Assembly (NCBI GenBank): GCA_009927815.1
Contig: RFMI01000139.1
Span: forward strand, 1 to 57,279
DNA length: 57,279 nt
Origin: Betaproteobacteria bacterium
GTDB taxonomy: Bacteria > Pseudomonadota > Gammaproteobacteria > Burkholderiales > UBA3065
Direction: 5' to 3'
The position numbers and the translations under genes were made by a program. This document shows, one piece after another, positions 21,006 to 29,638 of this stretch. Under the pieces are notes generated by a model. It worked only from the letters and a program-made list of their open reading frames with translations, was not told the origin of the DNA and did not search any database. The number at the start of each line of letters is the position of its first letter. Position 1 is the stretch's first letter.

Positions 21006-22035
21006 GGCGCTGCGGCCGTCACCACCAGTCCGGCGTGTTCCAAGGCCTCGGCGAGTTGCACCACCGACATGGCGTAAAAACTCGACCGGTTGTAGCGGGT
21101 GATGACGTAGAAGTTCTGTAGGCCGACCCAGTACTCGGCCTTGTCACCCTCGCCGTAGCGGAGAAAGACACCCAGTTCGGAACCCGGCACATCGCCCAGC
21201 GCACGCACGCCCTGTTCTCGCAATTCGGCGAGAGACGTGTCCGGCTTGATGCCCCCTGTCGCGTCGGGAGTGCCGTCGACAGTTGCCTTGAGGGCGACCG
21301 GGCGTCCGCTTTGCCAGCCGTGGCGAACCAGAAAATGCGCGACGCTCGCGATCGCATCTGACGGGTTCTGCCAGAGGTCGATGTGCCCGTCTTCGTCTCC
21401 ATCCACGGCATATTTTTGCCAGCTGCTGGGCATGAACTGCGGCATACCCAAGGCCCCGGCGTAGCTGCTGCGGATGTCGGCCACGTTGAGCTTTTGCGCT
21501 TGTGCGAGCACCAGCAGCGACTCCAGCTCGCCACGAAAGAACGTGGCCCGCGGCGGATACTCGAAAGCCAGCGTGGCAGCACATCAAAGGCCTTGTGCCG
21601 TCCGATATTGTTGCCATAAGCAGTCTCGACGCCGATCAGAGCCACCAAAACGCTGGCCGGGATGCCGTTCTGTCGGGCAGCTGCCTCGATGCTCATGCGG
21701 TTGCGATCCCAGAACTCGATTCCGAGCCGGATGCGCTTGGCGTTGACGAAGTTGCCGCGGTAACGCGACCAGTCGGGCGGACGCGAGATGGGTGGCGGGG
21801 CGATCAGTCGCAGCACGTCGGACCGCCTTGAGGCATCGGCGAACAGCAAGCAGGTGTCGGCGGAGGCTAGGCCGTGGCGAGTTTGCATTTCGCTGGCAAA
21901 GGCGGCGATGTCGGTGCGCTCGCAGCTCAACTCGGCGGCGTGCAGCGAGGTGCTGCCGTGCATCAAGAGCGGCAACAGGCAGCAGGCCAGCCAGCGCCGC
22001 ATCATCAATCGCGACGGGCGCGCGAGTCGCCCCAA
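21002..22035 (-). CDS. mltB: Lytic murein transglycosylase (MltB family); frameshifted as assembled
   Basis: The N-terminal frame (21019-22035) has a signal-like MMRRWLACCLLPLL and IGVETAYGNNIGRHKAFDVL. The C-terminal frame (21002-21511) has SSYAGALGMPQFMPSSW. Restoring one base near 21575-21580 gives the expected TLAFEYPPRATFFRGELESLLVLAQAQ. Its stop overlaps the M14 gene start (ATGA). Confidence 0.85.
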
Positions 22036-23117
22036 GCGCCCTCGTTGAGTTCGCGGATTTGACCGTGGCGGTCGACGCAGTAGTTGCCGGAGAGGATGGC
22101 GTCCTCGAATACGGCGCCAGCAGCGACGCGTGTATAGGGGAACAGTACGCAGCGCGACACATGGGCGCCGGCTTCAATCACGCAGCCATGGCCGATCCAG
22201 GTTGGCCCGGTCACGCGTGCGCCTTGTTCGATGTGGCTGCCAGAGCCGATGTGAACTGGCCCGGCCAGGGCGTCGCGGCTGGCGTCGACCCGCACATTCA
22301 GGCCTTCCCAGATGCCGACCCGGCTCTGACTACCCGGCATCCGCATGCCTGCGACTTCACCTTGCATGACGCGTTGGCAGACCGTCCAGTAGTCCGACAC
22401 CTTGCCGATGTCGATCCAGTTGAAGCGCTGGCGCTGTGCGTAAAACGGGGCGCGGCTACTCACCAGATCCGGGAACAACTGGCTGCCGATGTCGTAAAAG
22501 GTGCGGGTCGGGATGCGCCCGATCACCGTCGGCTCGAAGATGTAAATGCCAGTACTGGCCCAGTTGCTGCGGGCTTCTTCGCGCTCGGGTTTTTCTTGGA
22601 AGGACGAGATTCGGCCGTGATCATCGGTGACCACCACGCCGTAGTCGCTCACCGCCTCCCAAGGCACCTCCGAGGCGATGACGCTGGCCTCGGCGCGTTG
22701 CTGGCGATGCTCGGCCAGAGCCGCACCGATGTCGAGGTCGATCAGCGCGTCGCCGCAGAGCACCAGCGTTGTGGTGTCAAAGAATCCGCCGAAGTCTTGG
22801 ATCTTGCGCACACCGCCGGCCGACCCGATGGGCTGCGGCACCACTTCGCCGCCGCGCAGGTCGCCCTCGAACGAGTAGCCGATCTCGACACCGAAGCGAG
22901 AGCCGTCGCCGAAGTAATTCTCGATCTGCTCGTGCAGATAGCTCACATTGACCATGATCTCGTGGATGCCATGGCGGGCGAGATGCTCGATCAGGTATTC
23001 CATGACCGGCTTGCCGAGGATCGGGATCATCGGCTTGGGCATGTCGTGGGTCAGCGGTTGGACCCGGGTCCCCTTGCCGGCGGCAAGGATCATGGCTTTG
23101 GCGTGAGTGCGTGACAT
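22005..23117 (-). CDS. Sugar-phosphate nucleotidyltransferase with C-terminal left-handed beta-helix domain (mannose-1-phosphate guanylyltransferase-like)
   Basis: 370-aa ORF. The N-terminus ILAAGKGTRVQPLTHDMPKPMIPILGKPV is the NTP_transferase signature. The C-terminal part has hexapeptide-repeat character. Confidence 0.8.
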   Translation of the reverse strand: MSRTHAKAMILAAGKGTRVQPLTHDMPKPMIPILGKPVMEYLIEHLARHGIHEIMVNVSYLHEQIENYFGDGSRFGVEIGYSFEGDLRGGEVVPQPIGSAGGVRKIQDFGGFFDTTTLVLCGDALIDLDIGAALAEHRQQRAEASVIASEVPWEAVSDYGVVVTDDHGRISSFQEKPEREEARSNWASTGIYIFEPTVIGRIPTRTFYDIGSQLFPDLVSSRAPFYAQRQRFNWIDIGKVSDYWTVCQRVMQGEVAGMRMPGSQSRVGIWEGLNVRVDASRDALAGPVHIGSGSHIEQGARVTGPTWIGHGCVIEAGAHVSRCVLFPYTRVAAGAVFEDAILSGNYCVDRHGQIRELNEGAWGDSRARRD

Positions 23118-23132
23118 AGGCAGATTGTTTCA

Positions 23133-23159
23133 GAAAAAAGCCCGCCTCTGGGGCGGGCT
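23133..23159 (-). terminator. Rho-independent terminator downstream of efp
   Basis: On the minus strand the sequence reads AGCCCGCC-CCAGA-GGCGGGCT followed by TTTTTT. It sits 22 nt after the efp stop. Confidence 0.8.
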
Positions 23160-23180
23160 TTGCAGCAGACGCAGTCGGGT

Positions 23181-23741
23181 TTACTTGACGCGGTTGCGGT
23201 ACTCGGCGGTGCGGGTGTCGATTTCGATCTTGTCACCGATTTCGACAAAGGCTGGCACCTGGATGATGAAGCCGGTTGGCTTGATGCGGGCGGGCTTCAG
23301 CACCTTGCCCGAGGTGTCGCCCTTGACTGCAGGCTCGGTGTATTCCACTTCGCGCACCACCGAGGTCGGCAGTTCGACCGAGATGGCACGACCTTCGTAG
23401 AAGGTGACCTCGCAGGGTAAGCCGTCGTCGAGGTAGTTGAGCGCGTCACCCATGTTGTCGGCCTCGACCTCGAACTGGTTGTACTCGGCGTCCATGAACA
23501 CGTACATCGGGTCAGCGAAGTAGGAGTAGGTCACGTCCTTGCGTTCGAGCATGATCAGGTCGAACTTGTCGTCGGCCTTAAACACGGTCTCGGTGCCCGA
23601 ACCCGACAGCAGGCTCTTGAGCTTGACCTTCATCACCGCCGAGCTGCGGCCCGACTTGTTGTATTCGGCTTTCTGCACAACCATCGGTTGGCCGTCGAGC
23701 ATGATCACATTGCCGCTGCGCAATTCTTGTGCGGTCTTCAT
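23181..23741 (-). CDS. efp: Elongation factor P (Arg32, EarP-type)
   Basis: 186-aa [45 protein letters not shown]. The modification loop is KSGR (Arg where E. coli has Lys34), as in the Pseudomonas, Shewanella and Neisseria EF-P proteins. Confidence 0.96.
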   Translation of the reverse strand: MKTAQELRSGNVIMLDGQPMVVQKAEYNKSGRSSAVMKVKLKSLLSGSGTETVFKADDKFDLIMLERKDVTYSYFADPMYVFMDAEYNQFEVEADNMGDALNYLDDGLPCEVTFYEGRAISVELPTSVVREVEYTEPAVKGDTSGKVLKPARIKPTGFIIQVPAFVEIGDKIEIDTRTAEYRNRVK

Positions 23742-23767
23742 AGCCAGTCACCCGTACACGTAGGAAA

Positions 23768-24880
23768 TCAAACGCGAGATTGTACTGTGCTGGCTGCGAA
23801 CTCCGCTAGCGTGACAGCAAGATCGGGTCCTGCGGCGAGTCGCGTGCGCCAGTCGGACGCGGCTTGCTGCGCCGCTGTCCAGTCGGCCAACGCGCGGTTC
23901 CAGCAGTTGGCGAGGCTGTCGCTTGCGCCGGGCTCACAGTTAAATGCCCGGTTGAGCTCCGCCCAGGCGGGGGGCATGGGGCCACGGCCGAGCCAGGCCT
24001 CGACTTTGGCCGAACGTGTGGCGGCCTCCTGACGGTACGCCTGCCAGATCAGGGGCTTGCCAGCCCACTGCGCGCGCACCCAGCTGTCCTCTCCGCGCAC
24101 CAAGTTGAAGTCGCACCGTGCCAGCAGCGCGTCGTAGGCGTCCTGGTCGAGAAACGGCACGCGTAGCAGCGTCAACGCGCCGTCTTGCCAGACGGCCCCG
24201 GGTTCCGGGTCGAGGGCGCGTCCGCCAAGGTCGGACGGCAGCCCGGCCGGCACCAGTGCGCGGATCGGTCGTGGTCCCTGCGCCATGGCGTCGAGCAATT
24301 CGGCGAGCCGCGAGTCGCGGTAACAGAACACGCTGGCGGTGAGCGCGGCGGCGTTCTGCGGCGCTTTCAGCGCGTCGAGTACCGCGTCAGGCAGGGCTGG
24401 CAATCGATCGAGTGGCCGCAGCAGCCCGCCGGTGCGAGCGGTGAATCCCGGGTAAAAGAACTGGCAGACAAGACCGTCAGCCTGCAGCGAGGGCAGCCGA
24501 TGACAGCCTTCGACCCAATCTTCGGCGGACAGATGGTCGAGGTTGATCCACACCGGCTGAACGCCAGTCGCACGCTGCCGCTGCATGGATTCGCGGTACG
24601 CGGGTGGCAGCCCACCCCCGAAAGTCTCGACCACGACGTCGGCGGGTTCTACCACGGCGTCCCAGGGCACGATGTGTACGCCGCTGCGGTCGCGGCCTTC
24701 GGGTGGCGGTGGTTGGATCAGCGCCAGCAGCACCGCCGGCTGGTCGACCAGCAGACGCACGATGCGGTCGGGCACTTGCGCCAGCGCGCGCGCCAGTCGC
24801 AGGCAGACGCCAGCGTCGCCGTAGTGGTCGACCACCCGGCAGACCACGTCCCAGCGCTGCGGCGTTACGGTTTCGGGCAT
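23768..24880 (-). CDS. earP: EF-P arginine rhamnosyltransferase EarP
   Basis: Taking ATG at 24880 gives MPETVTPQRWDVVCRVVDHYGDAGVCLRLARAL, matching the EarP (DUF2331) N-terminal FCRVVDNYGDIGV-type motif. It lies immediately upstream of efp. Confidence 0.85.
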   Translation of the reverse strand: MPETVTPQRWDVVCRVVDHYGDAGVCLRLARALAQVPDRIVRLLVDQPAVLLALIQPPPPEGRDRSGVHIVPWDAVVEPADVVVETFGGGLPPAYRESMQRQRATGVQPVWINLDHLSAEDWVEGCHRLPSLQADGLVCQFFYPGFTARTGGLLRPLDRLPALPDAVLDALKAPQNAAALTASVFCYRDSRLAELLDAMAQGPRPIRALVPAGLPSDLGGRALDPEPGAVWQDGALTLLRVPFLDQDAYDALLARCDFNLVRGEDSWVRAQWAGKPLIWQAYRQEAATRSAKVEAWLGRGPMPPAWAELNRAFNCEPGASDSLANCWNRALADWTAAQQAASDWRTRLAAGPDLAVTLAEFAASTVQSRV

Positions 24881-24984
24881 GTTCGATCCGGACGCGAGGC
24901 CGGTCGGCGCGATTGACTTCTCACAAGTCCGGCGAGAGCCGGAGACGTACAATACGAGCACTTCGTCTACCGAAAGATTCTGGC

Positions 24985-26157
24985 ATGAAACGCTCGCCCT
25001 TCACCCGCCGCCCGCGTCTCGCCCGCGAGGCCGATCAACTGGTCTGGCTGGCCGAGGGACTCGCCCGCTCATCGAGCCGGGTCGAGGACGCGTTCTGGGA
25101 GTCACGCCTGATCGCCGAGGTCGAGTCACTGGTCGAGGCTGAGGACGAGGCCGCGCTGACGGCGGCACTCGATCGCCTGTCGCAAGCCGGCGATCGTGGC
25201 TTTGAGGAGCTGGCCGACGTCATCGAGTCGCGCTGTGAATCCACGGGTACCGCCGCCGATGATCCGCAAGCCGGCATGCTGCTGCTGGCGATCCCGGTGC
25301 TGGCGTGGTCGCGTCTGCGCATCCCCGCAGGCAATCTGCCCGATGCACTGCTCGCCCAGGTCCGCAGCGACCTGCAGGCGCACGTCATCGACCCGGAGGC
25401 GCGATTGGTGCTGGGGGATTTCCTGTTCAGCCCAGACCAGTTGCCGCAGGGCTATATCGCCACCGCCAATCTGGCGCGACGCTTCTTTGCGGCTTTGGAA
25501 GCGAAACGCCCCTTGCGGCTCGATGCGGGCGATTTTCCGGAGACCGGGCAGTTTTTGTCGGACGCCCGCTACATCCTGGCGGCGGTGTCGGCGGCACCCG
25601 GCAGCGCGCTGTTCCGCTGGCAGGCCGAAGACAGCAACCGCGACGCCCTGCTGGCGGCTTGGAGTGAGGCGGCGCGCAACACGCTGTCGGGCGCTTTCCC
25701 GGCCTGTGCCATCGACGTGCTCGGGCCGCAGGCGTTCTTTTCGGCGTGCCGCGAGTCGGATCGTCAGCTCCGCCCCTACTCGCTCAACGCCGGGGTCGAA
25801 TTCTTGCGTGCCACCTTGGGCGTCGAGCCGGCGTCGTTGCGCGCGTTTGTCGGCGGCTTCCACGGGCATCGCCTCGAGGAGTATCGCGTCGGCTTCGCCT
25901 TGCCAGAGGGTGAGGCAGTGATTCATGGCGTGGTTTGGCCCTTGCTCGACGCTGAAGACGAGAACAGCGACGTGATCGCCGATGTCGAGCAGCGCTTGCG
26001 CGACGCTGGCATCGTGCAGATCCAAGTGTTCGAGCAGCGTTTCCCGTTGGAATTCTGCGATGACTGTGGCGCGCCGCTGTACCCGAACGAGGATGGTGAG
26101 CCGGTGCATCCGGAGATGCCCGAGCAGCCGACCAGCCCATCGGCACATCTGCACTGA
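24985..26157 (+). CDS. Conserved hypothetical protein (possibly DUF2863 family; that assignment is from memory only)
   Basis: The Met at 24985 (MKRSPFTRRPRLAREADQLVWLAEGL...) is in frame with the long track ORF 24604-26157, whose upstream part is antisense to earP. There is a C-terminal CDDCGAPLYP motif. Confidence 0.5.
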   Translation: MKRSPFTRRPRLAREADQLVWLAEGLARSSSRVEDAFWESRLIAEVESLVEAEDEAALTAALDRLSQAGDRGFEELADVIESRCESTGTAADDPQAGMLLLAIPVLAWSRLRIPAGNLPDALLAQVRSDLQAHVIDPEARLVLGDFLFSPDQLPQGYIATANLARRFFAALEAKRPLRLDAGDFPETGQFLSDARYILAAVSAAPGSALFRWQAEDSNRDALLAAWSEAARNTLSGAFPACAIDVLGPQAFFSACRESDRQLRPYSLNAGVEFLRATLGVEPASLRAFVGGFHGHRLEEYRVGFALPEGEAVIHGVVWPLLDAEDENSDVIADVEQRLRDAGIVQIQVFEQRFPLEFCDDCGAPLYPNEDGEPVHPEMPEQPTSPSAHLH

Positions 26158-26314
26158 AAACCTGCTGCGGCGGTCATCTGCGGCGGCCGTTCCAGAAAAG
26201 GCTTCGGGACTCGCCCCCTCGCCTGCGGTCAGGTATGACTCGGTCGCTGCGTGCCTCTCGCTTTGCAGTTGACCATCCTCGCGACCTTGTCCAGCTCAAC
26301 CGCTGAGGTCGTAG

Positions 26315-26351
26315 ATAGTATTTAGTTATCAATACAAGCATAACAATCAGT
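26315..26351 (+). promoter_or_regulatory. Candidate OxyR/LysR-type operator upstream of the Prx5-Grx gene
   Basis: An AT-rich island in an otherwise GC-rich window. ATAG-N7-TTAT-N7-AGCA-N7-CAGT has the spacing of the OxyR consensus ATAG-N7-CTAT-N7-ATAG-N7-CTAT. The first half-site is good and the second is degenerate. It starts about 115 nt upstream of ATG 26432. Confidence 0.35.
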
Positions 26352-26431
26352 TGGACTGATCAATCGCGGCTCCGCAGAATCCGTCCCGTTGCATCGATTC
26401 CCGGTGCACAGGACACTCAAAGGAGCCTCAC

Positions 26432-27193
26432 ATGTCTTTCAGCCAAACGGGTAACAGCCACGAAGGCAAGCCGGTCCCCAGCGTCACCTTCCGCATCCGC
26501 AAGGACAACGACTGGGCCACCCTCAGCACCGAGCAGATCTTCAAAGGCCGCACCGTGGCTGTGTTCTCGCTGCCCGGCGCGTTCACTCCGACCTGTTCGT
26601 CGACCCACCTGCCCCGTTACAACGAGCTCGCCGAGACCTTCTTTGCCAACGGCGTCGACGAGATCGTCTGCATCTCAGTCAACGACCCCTTCGTCATGGC
26701 CGAGTGGGGCGCCGAGCAGGAGGCCGACAACGTCACCCTGATTCCAGACGGCAACGGCACCTTCACCGAAGGCATGGGCCTGCTGGTCGACAAGAGCGAC
26801 CTCGGCTTCGGCAAGCGCTCCTGGCGCTACTCGATGCTGGTCAAGGATGGCGTGGTCGTGAAGCAGTTCATCGAGCCGGACAAGGCCGGCGACCCGTTCG
26901 AGGTGTCCGATGCCGACACCCTGCTGGATTTCATTAACCCGAACGCCAAGAAGCCGGACCAGGTTGCCATCCTGACCCGCGTCGGCTGCCAGTTCTGCGC
27001 CAAGGCCAAGGCCCTGTTGACTGAGCTCGGCATCCGTTACAACGAGATCCCTCTCGGCCACACCAACCGCAGCCAGGTGGTGCGCGCCATTACCGGTGAG
27101 GGCACAGTGCCGCAGGTCTTTATCAATGGCGAGCATATCGGTGGCTGGGAAGCTCTCGCCGCGTGGGCTGGCCGCAGCGACAAAGCCGCCTGA
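26432..27193 (+). CDS. Hybrid peroxiredoxin: Prx5-type peroxiredoxin fused to glutaredoxin
   Basis: 253-aa ORF. The N-terminal PGAFTPTCS motif carries the peroxidatic Cys. The C-terminal part has a Grx fold with CQFC and TVPQVFINGEHIGG. Confidence 0.9.
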   Translation: MSFSQTGNSHEGKPVPSVTFRIRKDNDWATLSTEQIFKGRTVAVFSLPGAFTPTCSSTHLPRYNELAETFFANGVDEIVCISVNDPFVMAEWGAEQEADNVTLIPDGNGTFTEGMGLLVDKSDLGFGKRSWRYSMLVKDGVVVKQFIEPDKAGDPFEVSDADTLLDFINPNAKKPDQVAILTRVGCQFCAKAKALLTELGIRYNEIPLGHTNRSQVVRAITGEGTVPQVFINGEHIGGWEALAAWAGRSDKAA

Positions 27194-27203
27194 GGAGGCC
27201 GCC

Positions 27204-28634
27204 ATGCAACAGCACACCGTCGACGTCGCCGTGCTGGGTGCCGGTACCGCCGGACTGGCCGCCTACCGCGCGGCGGTGGCGGCCGGGAAGCGCGCCGTCA
27301 TCATTGAGGGCGGGGCGTTTGGTACCACCTGCGCGCGGGTCGGTTGCATGCCCAGCAAGCTGCTGATCGCCGCTGCTGAGGCTGCCCACGGGGTCGAGAA
27401 GTGGCCCACCTTCGGCTTGCGGGTCGATGGCGCGCTGCGAGTCGACGGTCGCGCTGTGATGGCGCGGGTTCGCCGCGAGCGTGACCGCTTCGTCGGCTTC
27501 GTGCTCGAGGGCGTCGACAAGATCCCCGCCCGCGACAAGCTCATTGGCTACGCGCGCTTCACCGGTCCACACACGCTCGAGGTGCAGGGTACCGATGGCG
27601 CAGTCGCGCACCGCGTCGAGTTCGGCAGCGCGGTGATCGCCACCGGTTCGTCGCCTGACCTGCCGCCAGCCCTGCGCGCTGCCGGCGACCGCTTGATTGT
27701 CAATGACGATGTGTTCAGCTGGGATGACCTGCCGCGCTCGGTGGCGGTGTTCGGCCCCGGCGTCATCGGTCTCGAAATCGGCCAGGCTTTGCATCGCCTG
27801 GGTGTCGCGGTGCAGGTGTTCGGTCGCGGTGGTCGCGTCGGTCCGTTCCAGGATCCGGCACTGCAGGACTACGCCCGCGCGACGCTGTCAGCCGAATTCC
27901 CGTTGCACGCCGACGCGCAGCTCGTTCGCGTCGAGCGTGACGGCGACGCGGTGCGCATCACCCACCGCGTCGATGGCGTCGAGCAGACGCTGCGGGTCGA
28001 CTACGTGCTGGCCGCCACCGGCCGCACGCCCAACGTGCGGGGATTGGGTCTCGAGCACACCAGCATCACCCTGAACGAGCGAGGCGTGCCGCTGTTCGAC
28101 CGCCATACGCTCCAGTGCGGCACCTCGCACATCTTCATCGCTGGCGACGCCAACGCCGACCTGCCGCTGTTGCACGAGGCTGCCGATGAGGGCCGTATCG
28201 CCGGTGACAATGCTGCGCACTTTCCGGCGGTGCAGCCGGGTCAGCGGCGGACGCCGATCGGCGTGGTCTTCTCCGACCCGCAGATGGCGACGGTCGGCGT
28301 GCCATTCGGCCAGCTTGACGCTGCCAAGGTGGTGACCGGTGCTGTGAGCTTTGAGGACCAGGGCCGCTCGCGCGTGATGCTGCGCAACCAGGGTGTGTTG
28401 CACGTGTACGTCGACATCGACAGTGGCCGCTTGTTGGGCGCCGAGATGATCGGCCCCGACGCCGAGCACATCGCCCATTTGTTGGCCTGGGTGGTGCAGT
28501 TGGAGCAAACCGTTGATGGGGTGTTGGCTCTGCCGTTCTATCACCCGGTGGTCGAGGAGGGTCTGCGCACGGCTTTGCGCGATGCCAAGGCCAAGCGCGA
28601 CATGGCGCTGACCTTACGCTCGATGGCAGCCTAG
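27204..28634 (+). CDS. Pyridine nucleotide-disulfide oxidoreductase (dihydrolipoyl dehydrogenase-like flavoprotein)
   Basis: ATG at 27204 is preceded by GAGGAGG. The motifs VAVLGAGTAGLAA, the redox-active GTTCARVGCMPSK and a C-terminal dimerisation domain with HP...E are present. The physiological substrate is not assignable. Confidence 0.85.
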   Translation: MQQHTVDVAVLGAGTAGLAAYRAAVAAGKRAVIIEGGAFGTTCARVGCMPSKLLIAAAEAAHGVEKWPTFGLRVDGALRVDGRAVMARVRRERDRFVGFVLEGVDKIPARDKLIGYARFTGPHTLEVQGTDGAVAHRVEFGSAVIATGSSPDLPPALRAAGDRLIVNDDVFSWDDLPRSVAVFGPGVIGLEIGQALHRLGVAVQVFGRGGRVGPFQDPALQDYARATLSAEFPLHADAQLVRVERDGDAVRITHRVDGVEQTLRVDYVLAATGRTPNVRGLGLEHTSITLNERGVPLFDRHTLQCGTSHIFIAGDANADLPLLHEAADEGRIAGDNAAHFPAVQPGQRRTPIGVVFSDPQMATVGVPFGQLDAAKVVTGAVSFEDQGRSRVMLRNQGVLHVYVDIDSGRLLGAEMIGPDAEHIAHLLAWVVQLEQTVDGVLALPFYHPVVEEGLRTALRDAKAKRDMALTLRSMAA

Positions 28635-29528
28635 ATCGGCGCTGCGACAGCGTCGGCGAACCCCTCGCGCAAGTCTGTGCAATCTTCTTCGGCGTCCCAT
28701 GGGATCAGGCTGTAGATCCGTTGGACGCCGAGGTCGCGCAGCTGGTGCGGCACGCCATGGCCGAAGCGCAGGTGACCGGAGCCCATCAATGCCACCACCT
28801 GGCGTTCCGCTACGCTGCTGGCGATGCCACTGGCCATGGCGCGGTCCCACAACAACTGCGCCTCGGTGAAGCGCTCAAAGTCGCCATGAGCGGCTGGTGA
28901 CCTTCGGGCAGGTGCGCGGCATGGGCATCGAAGGTCTCGCGCAACTCGCTCAGATATTCCGGTAGCGGGGGGCTGGCGTGCCCAGCTCGACGGCCAGCGC
29001 GGCGTCGAGCGCCTGCCAACCCGAGGTGGCCACCGCACGCACCGACGTGCGGTCGACGTTCAGTGCCCGCAGTGGCAGTCCGTGGTCCCGGGCGAAGCGG
29101 AAGATCGGCAAGTACATTTCGGCGTCATAGCCCCAAGTACGCTCCCAGTCCGTACGCTGAAGAAATTCGGATTCGCTGAGGCGACCGGCGGTCCAGTCGT
29201 CAAGCACCGGCTGCAGACTGCGTGGGAACATCTCAACGCCGACGCTGAGTTTGGGGTTGCCCCGATACAGGGCTGCCAGCGTCTGCAATTGCCAGCGGTG
29301 GTGGCTTGCCTCATTGTGGCTCTCACCGAGCAGCACCACGCGCGCGGCAGACGCTGCACCCAGCACGGCTTCTGCCGACACCGCAGCGCCACCGGGAAGT
29401 CGCCATTCGCCAGACGGTACGCACGTCGACGATTCTGCCGCGTGAGCGTTCAGCGTCAGGGACGCCAACGCAGCCAAAATCAGGGCCACTAAGGTGGACT
29501 GCGTCGTCAAGCGCGGGATTATGTTCAT
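28631..29528 (-). pseudogene. ChaN-family (haem/iron-related, DUF399-like) lipoprotein; two frame changes as assembled
   Basis: It has a signal peptide (MNIIPRLTTQSTLVALILAALASLTLNAHA) and the motifs VVLLGESHNEASHH and LSVGVEMFP. The reading then passes through three frames (ORFs 28950-29570, 28810-29019 and 28631-29038). The first switch is at the G6 run 28967-28972. Confidence 0.65.
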
Positions 29529-29638
29529 CCGGCTCAGACTGCACCGTGGGTCCAAGGTTCGTGGGTGCATAAGACGAGACTCAATCTAAGGGTCTGGGCT
29601 ATGATTGACGTCCGTCCTGATAATTTTTACCTTGCACG

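Noticed and set aside
22005-23741. The nucleotidyltransferase next to efp as the missing dTDP-rhamnose (RmlA) supplier for EarP.
   Set aside because: A strong terminator separates it from efp. It has the ~370-aa pyrophosphorylase-plus-LbH architecture rather than the ~290-aa RmlA form. It is translationally coupled to cell-wall enzymes instead.
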